64,000 nt of DNA from Candidatus Methanomethylophilaceae archaeon (GTDB lineage Archaea > Thermoplasmatota > Thermoplasmata > Methanomassiliicoccales > Methanomethylophilaceae): the NCBI GenBank assembly GCA_944320495.1, contig CALUHR010000013.1:290687-354686 (forward strand), given 5' to 3'. Positions 39,273 through 49,968 of this stretch are shown piece after piece. Position 1 is the first letter of the stretch. Each line of letters starts with the position of its first letter. The notes beneath the pieces were generated by a model, which did no database searches, was not told where the DNA came from, and saw only the letters and a program-made list of their open reading frames with translations. A program made the translations under genes and the position numbers.

Positions 39273-39341
39273 GAGCGGACGGATGCCATGATACGATAAA
39301 AACAATGGGGGAGGGGCTCGTCGCCCCTCGTTGGAACGGTT

Positions 39342-39713
39342 TCAGATGACCCTGTTGGAGTCGACCCACTTGGAGACGTGGGGGCAGGCGGCGATGGCCA
39401 CGAGGACGACCGCGATGACCAGCAGGATGATGCTGATCCAGAGCTCGGTCGCTCCGTAGATGGCCGCGATGATGGTCACGGCTCCGGCGAGACCGGAGAG
39501 GACCACGACGGTGTTGCCGCAGACGGGGCTGTACTTGGTGAAGGTTCCCGCTGCCGCGAAGAACATGACGGCGACGAGCATGTTGATCCCGACGAGGTAC
39601 ATGCTGTCGATGTCGGCTTTCCAAGAGGCCGCCATGGCGGCGAGGGCGATGACGCCTCCGACGAATCCCAGGGCGGTCCCGATCTTCATGTTGTTGGGTA
39701 CGGTGTTTGCCAT
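39342..39713 (-). CDS. Hypothetical 4-TM membrane protein
   Basis: Hydrophobic helices, host-like codon usage. Confidence 0.7.
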   Translation of the reverse strand: MANTVPNNMKIGTALGFVGGVIALAAMAASWKADIDSMYLVGINMLVAVMFFAAAGTFTKYSPVCGNTVVVLSGLAGAVTIIAAIYGATELWISIILLVIAVVLVAIAACPHVSKWVDSNRVI

Positions 39714-39725
39714 TTTCGAGCCTCC

Positions 39726-40328
39726 TCAGGCGGTCTCCGGGTTGGAACCGGCGGCCTTGACGTCCACCGCCATCTTGGCGCCCTCGGAGAACAGCCAGAG
39801 GACGAAGCAGGCGATGGAGGCGATCTCGATGTATCCGACGGGCTTGCCGACGGCGACTCCGATGATCACGACGATGAGCACGGATGCGATTACGGCGTTG
39901 ATCCTCTTGCCCTCGGCCCAGTCGCCGAAGACGGACAGGATGACCGCGAGCGCCATGAAGATGAAGAACAGCCAGGTGACGGTCTCATTGACGTTGCCGT
40001 TACCCAGGTCGGCGGTGTAGTAGCCGATGAGGATGAGGAAGATGCCGGTGAGGACGGCCATGATGCCGCTGGCACGGCTGCACCCGTCCTCGACGTAGGC
40101 CTTTCCGATGCCGAAGACGAAGACGAGGATTCCTGCGATGATGGACCCGTACATGAACAGGTCGGCTGTGAACTTCACGCCGGACACGCCAAGATCGGCC
40201 AGGGTCGACTCTCCGAGGACCCAGGAGGGGTCGTTCTCGGCAGCGACGAGGATCACCAGGGCGAGAAGGAGCCCGGTGAAGATGCCGATCACCGCGTAGG
40301 GCGCGGGACTGCGTTTGGTCGCATTCAT
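39726..40328 (-). CDS. DUF998-like membrane protein
   Basis: About 6 TM; W.LGESTLADLG and .F.ILIGYY pattern. Confidence 0.65.
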   Translation of the reverse strand: MNATKRSPAPYAVIGIFTGLLLALVILVAAENDPSWVLGESTLADLGVSGVKFTADLFMYGSIIAGILVFVFGIGKAYVEDGCSRASGIMAVLTGIFLILIGYYTADLGNGNVNETVTWLFFIFMALAVILSVFGDWAEGKRINAVIASVLIVVIIGVAVGKPVGYIEIASIACFVLWLFSEGAKMAVDVKAAGSNPETA

Positions 40329-40403
40329 GCGGTCGGGAAGGACGTGCGCGATTTAATATTGATTGCGCCCGTACAGGGGAGCCAGAGCATCAGGGGGAAG
40401 CGC

Positions 40404-41168
40404 ATGAAGTACATTTTCTTCGTCGGGACCGCGGGCAGCGGGAAGAGCACGCTGGTGGGAGCCTACAAGCAGTGGCTGGACGACCACGGGGTCGATACCA
40501 TAGTCATCAACATGGACCCCGGGGCGGACGCGCTCCCCTACGAGCCCGACGTGGACATCCGCGAGTGGATCTCCCTGGACGATGTGATGCAGGAGTACGG
40601 TCTCGGCCCCAACGGCGCCCAGATCGTCGCGGCCGACCTCATGGCCGCCAGCATCTCGAAGATGACCGCCGTGGTCGACACCTACGGGTCGGACTACGCC
40701 CTCATCGACACCCCCGGCCAGCTGGAGCTGTTCGCCTTCAGGGAGTCCTCCCAGCTGTTCGTCAGGGCCTTCGGGAGGGACAGTTCCATGGTCGTCTATC
40801 TGTCGGACCCGTCCCTGTGCAGGACCCCCAACGGATTCATCTCCGCCATGGTCCTCGGTGCGCTGGTGGAGTTCAGGCTGCAGCTCCCGACGCTGAACCT
40901 GCTCTCCAAGTGCGACACGCTGTCCGACGACGACGAGCAGAGGATGCTGGACTGGTTCCAGGTGTCCGATGCGCTGTACGGCGATCTTCTGGACTCCGAC
41001 TCGGAGCCGGAGACCGTCATCGGCATGGAGCTGTTCAAGGCGATCGAGAACACGGGCGTGTTCGGCGAGATCCGCGCAGTCTCCGCGCAGGAGGGCATAG
41101 GCCTGGAGGAGATATACGCCGCGGCCCAGCTCAACTTCTTCGGCGGGGACGACCTGGGCGAGGAGTGA
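40404..41168 (+). CDS. GPN-loop GTPase
   Basis: GTAGSGKST, LGPNGA, DTPGQLELF. Confidence 0.92.
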   Translation: MKYIFFVGTAGSGKSTLVGAYKQWLDDHGVDTIVINMDPGADALPYEPDVDIREWISLDDVMQEYGLGPNGAQIVAADLMAASISKMTAVVDTYGSDYALIDTPGQLELFAFRESSQLFVRAFGRDSSMVVYLSDPSLCRTPNGFISAMVLGALVEFRLQLPTLNLLSKCDTLSDDDEQRMLDWFQVSDALYGDLLDSDSEPETVIGMELFKAIENTGVFGEIRAVSAQEGIGLEEIYAAAQLNFFGGDDLGEE

Positions 41169-41256
41169 TCCCACCCTCCGGTCCCGGTTCAGAGGTCCGA
41201 TGCGACGTCGGTCGCGGAAAAACGATGCCGGGGTCTCCCCCGGCGTGAAAGTGATT

Positions 41257-42462
41257 TCAGCCGAACATGTAGGCCGGAGCGGGCTTGACCTTGTTCCTTC
41301 CCGCCTCGGTCACCTTCTCCTTCGCCCTGACGAAGTCGTCCTGGGTGATGGTGTCCCTGTTGTCACGGATGGCCAGCATACCGGCCTCGGTGCAGATGTT
41401 CTTTATCTCCGCTCCGGAGAAGCCGTCGGTCATCTCGGCGAGTCCGTTGGAGGACACGTCGTCGGCGATGCTCATGTGCCTGAGGTTGATCTCGAAGATC
41501 TGCCTCCTGCCGTCGATGTCGGGCAGTCCGACGTCGATGATCCTGTCGAACCTGCCAGGCCTGAGCAGGGCGTCGTCGAGGATGTCGGGTCTGTTGGTGG
41601 CGCCGATGATCTTGACGTCGCTGGTGGGGGTGAACCCGTCCAGCTCGGAGAGGAGCTGCATGAGGGTCCTCTGGACCTCGCGGTCGCCGGAGGTGGCGAC
41701 GTCGAGACGCTTCGCGCCCACGGAGTCAAGCTCGTCGATGAAGATGATGCTGGGCGCCTTGTCCTTGGCGAGCTGGAACAGCTCGCGGACGAGCCTGGCA
41801 CCCTCTCCGATGTACTTCTGCACGAGCTCGGATCCGACCAGTCTGATGAAGGTGGCCTGGGTGGCGTTGGCGACGGCCTTGGCCATGAGGGTCTTTCCGG
41901 TTCCCGGGGGTCCGACCAGCAGCACGCCCTTCGGGGGCTCGATCCCGACCTTCTTGTAGAGCTCGGGCCTGAGGAGCGGATCCTCCACGGCCTCCCTGAG
42001 CTCGAGCATCTGCTGCTTGAGTCCGCCGATGTCGTCGTAGGTGACCTCGGGCTTGTCGATGATCTCCGCACCGGACACGACGGGGTCCACGGGCGACGGG
42101 AGCACCTCCATCAGGGAGAGCGTCTGCTTGTTCAGCGACACCCTGGACCCGGGTATGAGGTCCTCCTGGGGCACGTACTCGGACACGGTGACGACGAAAT
42201 CGGGTCCGGTGGAGCTCTTGACGACCACGCGGTTGTTGGGGAGGACGTCCCTGAGGGAAGCGATGATGAGCGGGGGGCTCTTCAGCCTCTCGAGCTCGTT
42301 CCTGAGCCTGGAGAGGTCCTTCTGCAGCCTGAAGAGCTCGCTCTCGGAATAGCGCTTCTCGGTCTCGGCGTTCTGGAGGTCCTCCATCAGTCTGACGTTC
42401 CTCTCCTCGAGGGTGACAATCTTGGCCTTCAGCTCCGCCATGTCGTCGTTCTCGCCCGTCAT
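41257..42462 (-). CDS. pan: Proteasome-activating nucleotidase
   Basis: N-terminal coiled coil, GPPGTGKT, REVQRTLMQLL, RPGRFDR, C-terminal YMFG. Confidence 0.95.
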   Translation of the reverse strand: MTGENDDMAELKAKIVTLEERNVRLMEDLQNAETEKRYSESELFRLQKDLSRLRNELERLKSPPLIIASLRDVLPNNRVVVKSSTGPDFVVTVSEYVPQEDLIPGSRVSLNKQTLSLMEVLPSPVDPVVSGAEIIDKPEVTYDDIGGLKQQMLELREAVEDPLLRPELYKKVGIEPPKGVLLVGPPGTGKTLMAKAVANATQATFIRLVGSELVQKYIGEGARLVRELFQLAKDKAPSIIFIDELDSVGAKRLDVATSGDREVQRTLMQLLSELDGFTPTSDVKIIGATNRPDILDDALLRPGRFDRIIDVGLPDIDGRRQIFEINLRHMSIADDVSSNGLAEMTDGFSGAEIKNICTEAGMLAIRDNRDTITQDDFVRAKEKVTEAGRNKVKPAPAYMFG

Positions 42463-42585
42463 ATGCTCTCCCGGAGGTCACGGAAGAGGTTCGTTATAAC
42501 CGTTGCCCATTTTAAGTAAGGTTAAGAGCGCCCGTGCGCGGCTCTTCCGCGAAGTAATATATCGCTCTCCGTTGTTGGAGTGCGC

Positions 42586-43077
42586 ATGATATGCGAGATG
42601 TGCGGAAAGACCGTCCCTCAGACCCGCGAGGTCATCGTGGGGGGCGCCAGACTGAACGTCTGCCTCAACTGCGCCAAATTCGGCGAGGCCACCGGCGCGT
42701 CCGCGTCCAGGCCCGGGGCTCCCGTGACCCAGGCCGTCATCGACCAGAGGCTGGAGAGGCGCGAGAGGCGCATGCAGTCCAAGGACATCTACGTCGGCAC
42801 CACGACCATCGAGATCGTCGAGGACTACGGAGGCGTCATCAGGAGGGCCCGCGAGGCCAAGGGCATGGACCTCAAGACGTTCGCCAACGAGATCCAGGAG
42901 AAGCAGGGCCTGCTCGCCAAGGTAGAGGCCAACAACCAGGTCCCCGACGACAAGCTCATCAAGAAGATCGAGAAGGCCCTCGACATCAAGCTGACCGAGG
43001 CCGTCCAGTCCGGAGGGACCATGGGCGGAGGCCGCTCGGACGGCATGACCCTGGGCAACTTCATCAAGAGGGAGTGA
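42586..43077 (+). CDS. Multiprotein bridging factor aMBF1
   Basis: CEMCG...CLNC Zn ribbon plus Cro-like HTH, TLGNFIK C-terminus. Confidence 0.88.
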   Translation: MICEMCGKTVPQTREVIVGGARLNVCLNCAKFGEATGASASRPGAPVTQAVIDQRLERRERRMQSKDIYVGTTTIEIVEDYGGVIRRAREAKGMDLKTFANEIQEKQGLLAKVEANNQVPDDKLIKKIEKALDIKLTEAVQSGGTMGGGRSDGMTLGNFIKRE

Positions 43078-43561
43078 TCCCGGATCCGCGGATCCAGGAG
43101 CGCACCCTATCCACATGGGGCGCGATGTCGACCCCCGCGTCGCGGAGCGCGATGAGCGCAGCGGCGGAGATGTCGATGCCGAGGTCCCTGTGGATGCGGT
43201 TGCTCTCCTGGATGAACTCCCTGCGCTGGACCCCCGCCTCTGCGGCCGCGGACACCAGCGAGGGGAACGGGTCCCCTCCCTCATCCTTCTGTGTCTGGCA
43301 CTTCGTCTCGAGGATGTCCCTCGGCGGGCGGTACCCGAGGGGGATCTCCGTCCCCGACAGGTCCCCGGACGGGCGCACGTATCCGTCCCTGACATCGACC
43401 GTTCCGCATCTCCTGAGCACCTCCAGCAGGGTCTTCGCCTCTGAAGGCGAGAACCACTTCTGCCCCAGCGATACCTCCATGACGAACTCGTCCACCGTGG
43501 CGACGTCCTTGCCCAGTATGCGGAAAAGCGCGGCGGCGCAGAGCCGGATCTCCTCTGTCAT
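43064..43561 (-). CDS. DUF2240 family protein
   Basis: VSLGQKWFSPSEAK, PLGYRP motifs. Confidence 0.75.
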   Translation of the reverse strand: MTEEIRLCAAALFRILGKDVATVDEFVMEVSLGQKWFSPSEAKTLLEVLRRCGTVDVRDGYVRPSGDLSGTEIPLGYRPPRDILETKCQTQKDEGGDPFPSLVSAAAEAGVQRREFIQESNRIHRDLGIDISAAALIALRDAGVDIAPHVDRVRSWIRGSGITPS

Positions 43562-43704
43562 GCCCCGCGTCACCCCGTCCCCCGTCATAACCGTTGCGCT
43601 CATCTTCTATATACGCGCGCACGTTGTTTGTTATTGACACTAACTGGGGCGGAAACGCTTATATCCAACATGGGGATTGGGGCGCATCCCACTTGGTGAT
43701 AAAC

Positions 43705-43875
43705 ATGAACTACACCAGATTCGAGAAGGCCAGGATCATCGGCGCCAGGTCACTGCAGATCTCCTACGGCGCCCCCGTCCTCGTGGACTATCCCGAGACC
43801 ATGCTCGATCCCATCGACATCGCGATGCTGGAGTTCAAGCAGGACATGATCCCTATCACCGTCGTGAAGAACTGA
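43705..43875 (+). CDS. rpoK: RNA polymerase subunit Rpo6 (K)
   Basis: [21 protein letters not shown]. Confidence 0.95.
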   Translation: MNYTRFEKARIIGARSLQISYGAPVLVDYPETMLDPIDIAMLEFKQDMIPITVVKN

Positions 43876-43889
43876 AAGAGGTTATCACA

Positions 43890-44522
43890 ATGGCAGACGA
43901 CGACATTCAGCCGATAGACAGCAACGACCTTCTGGTGCCCGAGGAGACCTACCTCACCTCCGGTGTCCACATCGGAACCCAGCAGAAGTCCGCCGACATG
44001 AAGGACTTCATCTACAAGGTCAGGACCGACGGACTCTACGTCCTCGACATCAAGAAGACCGACGACAGGATCAGGGCCGCCGCCTCGTTCCTCGCCCGCT
44101 TCAACCCCAACAGGGTCCTCGTCGTCTGCGCCAGGCAGTACGGTCAGAAGCCCGCCAGGGAGTTCTCCAAGGCCATCGGCGCCCCCGCCTTCGCCGGAAG
44201 GTTCGTCCCCGGAACCCTGACCAACCCCGCCAACCCCAACTTCATCGAGCCCGAGGTCCTGGTCATCACCGACCCGTCCGCGGACAAGCAGGCCCTCAAC
44301 GAGGCCCTGAACCTCGGCATCCCCATCGTCGCCCTGTGCGACGCCAACAACGAGACCCGCAACGTCGACCTCGTCATTCCCACCAACAACAAGGGAAGGC
44401 GCGCCCTGGCCTGCATCTACTGGCTGCTCTCCAGGCAGGTCCTCGTCGACAGGGGCGACCTCAAGGACCCCGAGGACTTCCGCATGGAGATCGAGGACTT
44501 CGAGGCCAAGCTGGTCATGTGA
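43890..44522 (+). CDS. rps2: 30S ribosomal protein S2
   Basis: [26 protein letters not shown]. Confidence 0.97.
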   Translation: MADDDIQPIDSNDLLVPEETYLTSGVHIGTQQKSADMKDFIYKVRTDGLYVLDIKKTDDRIRAAASFLARFNPNRVLVVCARQYGQKPAREFSKAIGAPAFAGRFVPGTLTNPANPNFIEPEVLVITDPSADKQALNEALNLGIPIVALCDANNETRNVDLVIPTNNKGRRALACIYWLLSRQVLVDRGDLKDPEDFRMEIEDFEAKLVM

Positions 44523-44578
44523 GGTCCCCTCGGGACCCTCCAAACAAACTTCTTAACAAACCCCCTTACCCCTTCTCC

Positions 44579-45397
44579 ATGAGACAACCTGCAGTGGCGG
44601 GACGCTTCTACCCCGCCGGACGCGAAGCCCTCGTCGAGGCCATCGAGACATGCTTCACCCATCCGCTCGGACCCGGCATGCCCGGTCCGTCCACGGGCGA
44701 GAGGAGGGTCCGCGGCATCATGGTCCCGCACGCAGGATACATGATCTCCGGCCCCAACGCGGCCCATGCGTTCCGCAGGCTGGCGGAGGACGGGAGGCCC
44801 GACGCCTACGTCGTGATAGGACCGGACCACCACGGCACGTGCCGCGGCAGAAACGTCCTGTGCTCGGACCCCTACCTCACGCCGCTGGGGGAGTGCCCCG
44901 TGCACGAGGACATCTGCAGGAGGCTGGCCATGTCCATCCCCGACGAGCCGGAGTGCCACGTCTTCGAGCACTCCGTGGAGGTGGAGGTCCCGTTCATCCA
45001 GTACATCGACCCGGATGCCAGAGTCGTCCCGATCATCATGGGGGACCAGTCCCCGCAGGGCGCGATGGCCCTGGCACATGCCCTCCGCGAGGCCTGCGAG
45101 GGGTACGACGTAGTCTTCGTTGCGTCCACGGATATGTCCCACTACATCCCCAAGGACGAGGCCGAGAGGCTGGACTCCATGGTCCTGGACAGGGTCCGCG
45201 CCATGGACTGGGAGGGGGTGTACCGCACCGTGGCGGCCAACGACATCTCCATGTGCGGGTACGGTCCGACCGCGACGGTCATGATGCTCTGCGAGGGATG
45301 CGCCCCCGAGGGAGTACTACATACGGACTCGTACGACGCTCTGGGCCTCGACAGAGGTTCAGTGGTCGGATACGGATCCGCGACCTTCGTCTCCTGA
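44579..45397 (+). CDS. MEMO1 / AmmeMemoRadiSam protein B
   Basis: MRQPAVAGRFYP, PHAGY..SG, EHSVEV, STDMSHY, MCGYGP. Confidence 0.92.
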   Translation: MRQPAVAGRFYPAGREALVEAIETCFTHPLGPGMPGPSTGERRVRGIMVPHAGYMISGPNAAHAFRRLAEDGRPDAYVVIGPDHHGTCRGRNVLCSDPYLTPLGECPVHEDICRRLAMSIPDEPECHVFEHSVEVEVPFIQYIDPDARVVPIIMGDQSPQGAMALAHALREACEGYDVVFVASTDMSHYIPKDEAERLDSMVLDRVRAMDWEGVYRTVAANDISMCGYGPTATVMMLCEGCAPEGVLHTDSYDALGLDRGSVVGYGSATFVS

Positions 45398-45434
45398 CCG
45401 CCTGGTTTAAGTCTGGCGCTGTCGATTTCAGCTC

Positions 45435-46004
45435 ATGGAAGCAGACAATCAGAACTTCTGCACCCGCTGCGGGCACATGCTGTCCGAATCGGCCAGGTTC
45501 TGCCCCGAATGCGGCGCCAGGGTCCCCGGGAGGAACCCGGAGCAGGTGGAGGAGGAGAAGCAGGCCATACGTTCCGCCATGGACCGCCAGCTCAGATGGG
45601 CGGCGATCCTGATGATCATCTACTCGGTCCCCTTCCTGGTGATCGGCGTCTACACAGCGTTCAGTGTGGAGTCCATGGCGGACCTCGTGGTCAACGATCC
45701 CAACTTCTCGTCCTACGCGGACGCGTACGGCCTGACCTACGACGAGGTCTGCGAATACTTCGAGTACGCCGGCTACGCGTTCATCCTCTCGTCCGTCCTC
45801 GGACTGATCTCGGCCCTATGCTGCTGGAAGAGGTCCCACTTCTGGGTGGCGCTCGTGTTCTGCATCCTCTCGGTCTTCACCGGAGCGGCAGGATTCGTGG
45901 CCATGTTCATGGGCCTCATCGCCCTCTGGATGATAATCGCCGCCAGGGGCAGGTTCGTGGAGTACGAGAAGAACTTCGAGGAGATCCTCTCGAAGATCGA
46001 GTGA
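45435..46004 (+). CDS. Zinc-ribbon membrane protein
   Basis: FCTRCG..ARFCPECG followed by TM helices. Confidence 0.75.
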   Translation: MEADNQNFCTRCGHMLSESARFCPECGARVPGRNPEQVEEEKQAIRSAMDRQLRWAAILMIIYSVPFLVIGVYTAFSVESMADLVVNDPNFSSYADAYGLTYDEVCEYFEYAGYAFILSSVLGLISALCCWKRSHFWVALVFCILSVFTGAAGFVAMFMGLIALWMIIAARGRFVEYEKNFEEILSKIE

Positions 46005-46030
46005 CCCCGCCCGTGTAAAGAAATGATTTT

Positions 46031-46056
46031 GCCGGACCCCTCAACGGGGGTCCGGC
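46031..46056. terminator. GC hairpin between convergent genes
   Basis: GCCGGACCCC/GGGGTCCGGC 10-bp stem. Confidence 0.5.
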
Positions 46057-46064
46057 GTTCCCCC

Positions 46065-46991
46065 TCAGATGAGTTTCAGATATCTGAGGTTGGGCTCGTA
46101 GACGAGCCCCTTGTCCATGAGGATGTTGGAGATCTCCTCGAGCTCGATGGCCGATATCCCCTCGGCCTCAGCGCGCCTCTCCAGCTCGTCGCGTGGTGCG
46201 CCCTTGCCGTCGGTGTCCAGCTCCTCCAGCAGGGAGAGCACGATGTCCTCCATCTGGCCGTGGTTCACGGCACCGCCGGACTCGTCGCCGTCGATGTCGA
46301 TCTCGTCCGGCATGTCCTGCATGCCCTCGGGGAACCCGAAGTCGACGTCCTTCTCGGGCAGGAGTCTGCGGAGGGCGTTCTGGATGGTCTTCAGGTACAC
46401 GGACGAGTCGGGCATCTCCCCGTAATTGTCGAGCGCGTAGAGCATGCCCTCGGCCTGCACCGGGCTCATGCCCATCTTGATGAGGTCCGGGACCTTGGCA
46501 TCGGGGAGCGACACGACCTGCTTCATCCACTTGAGCCTGGCCCATGCGGACTGGGCGGTGTCCAGGAGCCACTCGTTGAGGGTGGACTCGTCGATCCTTA
46601 TGATGCGCTCCGGACGGACGGACACGAAGGTCCTTCCGTCGTCGGTGGTGTATGTGCGGACCCTTCCCACCGCGGCGACGAAGCACGGGGGCTCCAGGTC
46701 GGCCATGGCGGCCATGGCGTCGGGCTGGTACCTTCCTACGTTGAGGAAGAACTGCCCGTTGACGTCCTGGATCCTGCCCCTCCAGAGGGGCTCCTCGGGG
46801 GTGCCGCTGTTGGCCTTCTCGGTGAGGGTGCCGGCCACCAGGACCCTGTTGATCTTCGCTCCCAGGGGCGAGACGACGTAGGACGGCATCTTCTCCTCGG
46901 TGGCCTTGATCTCGAGGGTGGACGTGTTGAGTTCGTTGGCGAAAACCCTCCATGCGGTCTCCCGCGGGTTCGCCTTCCCGTTCCCGTTCAT
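46065..46991 (-). CDS. RPA32-like OB-fold protein with C-terminal wHTH
   Basis: RETAWRVFA.E, SPLGAKINRV, VSVRPE; ATGA overlap with the upstream RPA gene. Confidence 0.82.
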   Translation of the reverse strand: MNGNGKANPRETAWRVFANELNTSTLEIKATEEKMPSYVVSPLGAKINRVLVAGTLTEKANSGTPEEPLWRGRIQDVNGQFFLNVGRYQPDAMAAMADLEPPCFVAAVGRVRTYTTDDGRTFVSVRPERIIRIDESTLNEWLLDTAQSAWARLKWMKQVVSLPDAKVPDLIKMGMSPVQAEGMLYALDNYGEMPDSSVYLKTIQNALRRLLPEKDVDFGFPEGMQDMPDEIDIDGDESGGAVNHGQMEDIVLSLLEELDTDGKGAPRDELERRAEAEGISAIELEEISNILMDKGLVYEPNLRYLKLI

Positions 46992-48307
46992 ATCGCCGCC
47001 TCCACCTCTGCGAGGAGCTTCTCCGCTTCCGCCTGGACGTCGACCTCGACGGGCTCGGCGGACCTGACGATCATGCTGGGTCCGAAGTCGTCGCTCATGA
47101 CGTTGCCGGTGATGCGGACCTTGTGGAGCAGGATCCTCCCCATGAGCTCCCTGGCGACCACGCCCTCGCCCCTGGCGGAGGCGAGGCCCATGGCGGCGTT
47201 CATCGACACGCCGGTGAGCTTCTCGGTGTCCGTGCGGTTGACGATGGCCCCGATCGCGCCGGTGCCGTCGTCCACCACGAGCTTCATCCTGAGGTCGGAG
47301 ATGCCCTCGACCTCTCCGTGGACGGTGCAGACGCCGCCCGCCATGAGGGAGCGGTTGCACTGGGGGCACCTCTTGATGAGGCCGCTCCCGTTCTTCATGT
47401 CCACGACCACGCCCTCGACGGTGATGTCGAGGCCGCCGCCGATCCTGTTGATCTCGGCGATGGTCTTCTGGGAGTCGGCCGCCTCCACCTCGATGGTCTG
47501 GTTGACGCGCTCCACGTCGGCGCGGTCGCCGATGTTCAGCTGGGGTATGCCCTTCCAGGAGCGGATGTAGCAGTTCTTGGCGCAGACCGTGAGCCCCTCC
47601 CTGAGGTCGAAGTCGTGCCATGCGGAGTACTGGATCTTCCCCGTCTCGTCGGCGATGATTCCGGAGTAGACGATCTTCTCCTCTCCGCGGCTGTTGATCC
47701 TCCTGGCCTCGACGGAGAGGATCTTTCCTGTGACGGTGACGTTTCCCATGCCCTCGCGGATGTCCCCGATCTTGACCTCGGTGGACGAGAGGGACGCGGT
47801 GCTGTTCGGCACGTCGATCTCGACACCGGGCGCGGCCTCGATCCTCCCGCGGTTGCCTATGTTGATCTGGACCCTCTCGTTCCAGAGCTTGCAGTAGCAG
47901 TTCCTGAAGTTGTAGACGGATCCCTTGTCCAGCTGGACGGATCCGGGCTCCCATACGGTGAACGACGCCGTGCCGGAGTCATCCCCCAGGATGCCTGACA
48001 CGATGACCTTGCTGAGCCCCTTGACGGTGATGTTCTTCGTCTCCACGTAGACGATCTTCGCGAGGACGTCGACGTTCTGCTCCGTCCCGTTGAGGTCTGC
48101 GATCTTCTTGGTCGCGTTGGCAGCGGTGGCGGTCCCGGCGGTATCGGCGCCGTACTTCCTGATTATGCCGCGCTTGGCCGACACGATGTCGACGTGGTAC
48201 TCGTTGAGGTACTTGTTCAGCTCCGCCTCCAGCGTCTCGTCGTCGATTCTGTCTCCGAGCACCCGTTTTATCTCTTCCATGTGGGGTGTTAGTTCTATCC
48301 TTTCCAT
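46988..48307 (-). CDS. Replication protein A (multi-OB ssDNA-binding protein with Zn finger)
   Basis: Repeated D.TG/SG..TVW OB folds, CPQCNR...CTVHG, DDGTG. Confidence 0.88.
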   Translation of the reverse strand: MERIELTPHMEEIKRVLGDRIDDETLEAELNKYLNEYHVDIVSAKRGIIRKYGADTAGTATAANATKKIADLNGTEQNVDVLAKIVYVETKNITVKGLSKVIVSGILGDDSGTASFTVWEPGSVQLDKGSVYNFRNCYCKLWNERVQINIGNRGRIEAAPGVEIDVPNSTASLSSTEVKIGDIREGMGNVTVTGKILSVEARRINSRGEEKIVYSGIIADETGKIQYSAWHDFDLREGLTVCAKNCYIRSWKGIPQLNIGDRADVERVNQTIEVEAADSQKTIAEINRIGGGLDITVEGVVVDMKNGSGLIKRCPQCNRSLMAGGVCTVHGEVEGISDLRMKLVVDDGTGAIGAIVNRTDTEKLTGVSMNAAMGLASARGEGVVARELMGRILLHKVRITGNVMSDDFGPSMIVRSAEPVEVDVQAEAEKLLAEVEAAI

Positions 48308-48424
48308 AGGATCGACTCCTTGCGGACGAAGGGCAACTCGGTATTTAGGTTGTTTCAGAACTCTCGGGCAATGCGTTTTCGACGGGGACCGATTGGAGGA
48401 TCGGCCCCTCGTCGAGGGTCTCTG

Positions 48425-48715
48425 TCACTCGTTCCTGGATCTGCGGATTCTGTCTACGATGCCTTTAGTGAACCCGTACCATATGATTCCGACGAACCCT
48501 ATGATGGCCAGCACCGTCAGTATCATCCCTATGAACATCACCATTTCGCCGTGGAAAGTCGGATAGTAGATGCTCTCGTACACGATGTACAGTATCCAAT
48601 GGAGGTATGCTATCACAATCAGGGACGCGCAGGTCAGGATCTTCGACGTGTTGTTCTCTGAGATGTCACCAACTCCTGTGGAGAGTGTCGTTTTGATACT
48701 GTTATATATAATCAT
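48425..48715 (-). CDS. Hypothetical small membrane protein in an AT-rich patch
   Basis: Two hydrophobic helices and a basic tail; no family recognised. Confidence 0.4.
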   Translation of the reverse strand: MIIYNSIKTTLSTGVGDISENNTSKILTCASLIVIAYLHWILYIVYESIYYPTFHGEMVMFIGMILTVLAIIGFVGIIWYGFTKGIVDRIRRSRNE

Positions 48716-48894
48716 CCATATGATGTATCAAATTATTCAAATAAAATGTAGCTCAAATTAATTGGCTGTCCAGGTCGATGCGGTTCAATGAATGATCTGG
48801 TAGCCAACCCCTGCGCGTCGTCGGATCCAGATCCGTTCCGATTCATCCGTGATCTGGATACACGGATTTATATCGCTGAGCGCAATCCTCCCAT

Positions 48895-49968
48895 ATGGTC
48901 CCCAAGAGCAAGATCGATGAGATTCTGGACGGGTACGATATGAGCGACATCACCATTGCGACTCTGTGCTCCCACTCGTCACTCCAGATCTTCCACGGCG
49001 CGAGGAAGATGGGCTTCAAGACTCTCGGGCTGACCGTGACGCACAGCACGAAGTACTACGACGCGTTCCCGCTGGCCAAGCCGGACGAGATCATCAAGTA
49101 CTCCGACTTCGACGAGTTCGAGGAGCGCATAGGCGAGCTCCACGACAGGAACGTCATCATCATCCCCCATGGCTCGTTCGTGGAGTATTTCGGCCCCCGC
49201 AGGTTCGCCGAGCTCGAGGTCCCCTCCTACGGGAACCGTGCCGTCCTCGGATGGGAGTCGGACAGGGACAAGCAGAGGGAGTGGATCACGTCCGCCGGCG
49301 TGCCCATGCCCAAGCTGATCACCGATGCCAGGGAGATCAACGAGCCCGTCATGGTGAAGTACCATGGCGCAAAGGGCGGAAGGGGATACTTCATCGCCAT
49401 GGACTATCCCGACTTCAAGATGTCAATCGACCCCAGCCAGCCGTACACCATCCAGGAGTACTGCCTGGGAACCAGGTACTACCTGCACTTCTTCTACGAT
49501 CCGTACAAGACCGACGGGTACAGGTGCGAGCAGGGAGGGTCCCTGGAGCTACTGTCCATCGACCGTCGTGACGAGTCCAACATCGACGAGATGTACAAGC
49601 TCGGGTCCATCGAGGAGTCCAAGAGGCACGGGCTCTACCCGTCCTTCGTCGTCACCGGCAACACGCCCGTCGTCCTGAGGGAGTCCCTCCTGCCGAGGGC
49701 CTTCGAGATGGGGGAGGCCGTCGTGAACAAGTCCTATGAGCTGTTCGGCGGCATGTGGGGCCCGTTCTGCCTTGAGACCGTCGTCAACGACAAGCTCCAG
49801 TTCAAGGTCTTCGAGATCTCCACGAGGATCGTCGCGGGAACAAACCCGTTCATCTCCGGGTCCCCGTACGCCGACCTCATCTATCCCGGTCTGAGCACAG
49901 GTGCCAGGCTGGCCATGGAGATCAGGGACTCCATCCCGCAGGGTCACCTCAAGGACATCATGTCCTGA
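48895..49968 (+). CDS. purP: Formate--AICAR ligase (ATP-grasp)
   Basis: ATLCSHSSLQ, PHGSFVEY, GAKGGRGYF, GPFCLE, FEISTRIVAGTN. Confidence 0.93.
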   Translation: MVPKSKIDEILDGYDMSDITIATLCSHSSLQIFHGARKMGFKTLGLTVTHSTKYYDAFPLAKPDEIIKYSDFDEFEERIGELHDRNVIIIPHGSFVEYFGPRRFAELEVPSYGNRAVLGWESDRDKQREWITSAGVPMPKLITDAREINEPVMVKYHGAKGGRGYFIAMDYPDFKMSIDPSQPYTIQEYCLGTRYYLHFFYDPYKTDGYRCEQGGSLELLSIDRRDESNIDEMYKLGSIEESKRHGLYPSFVVTGNTPVVLRESLLPRAFEMGEAVVNKSYELFGGMWGPFCLETVVNDKLQFKVFEISTRIVAGTNPFISGSPYADLIYPGLSTGARLAMEIRDSIPQGHLKDIMS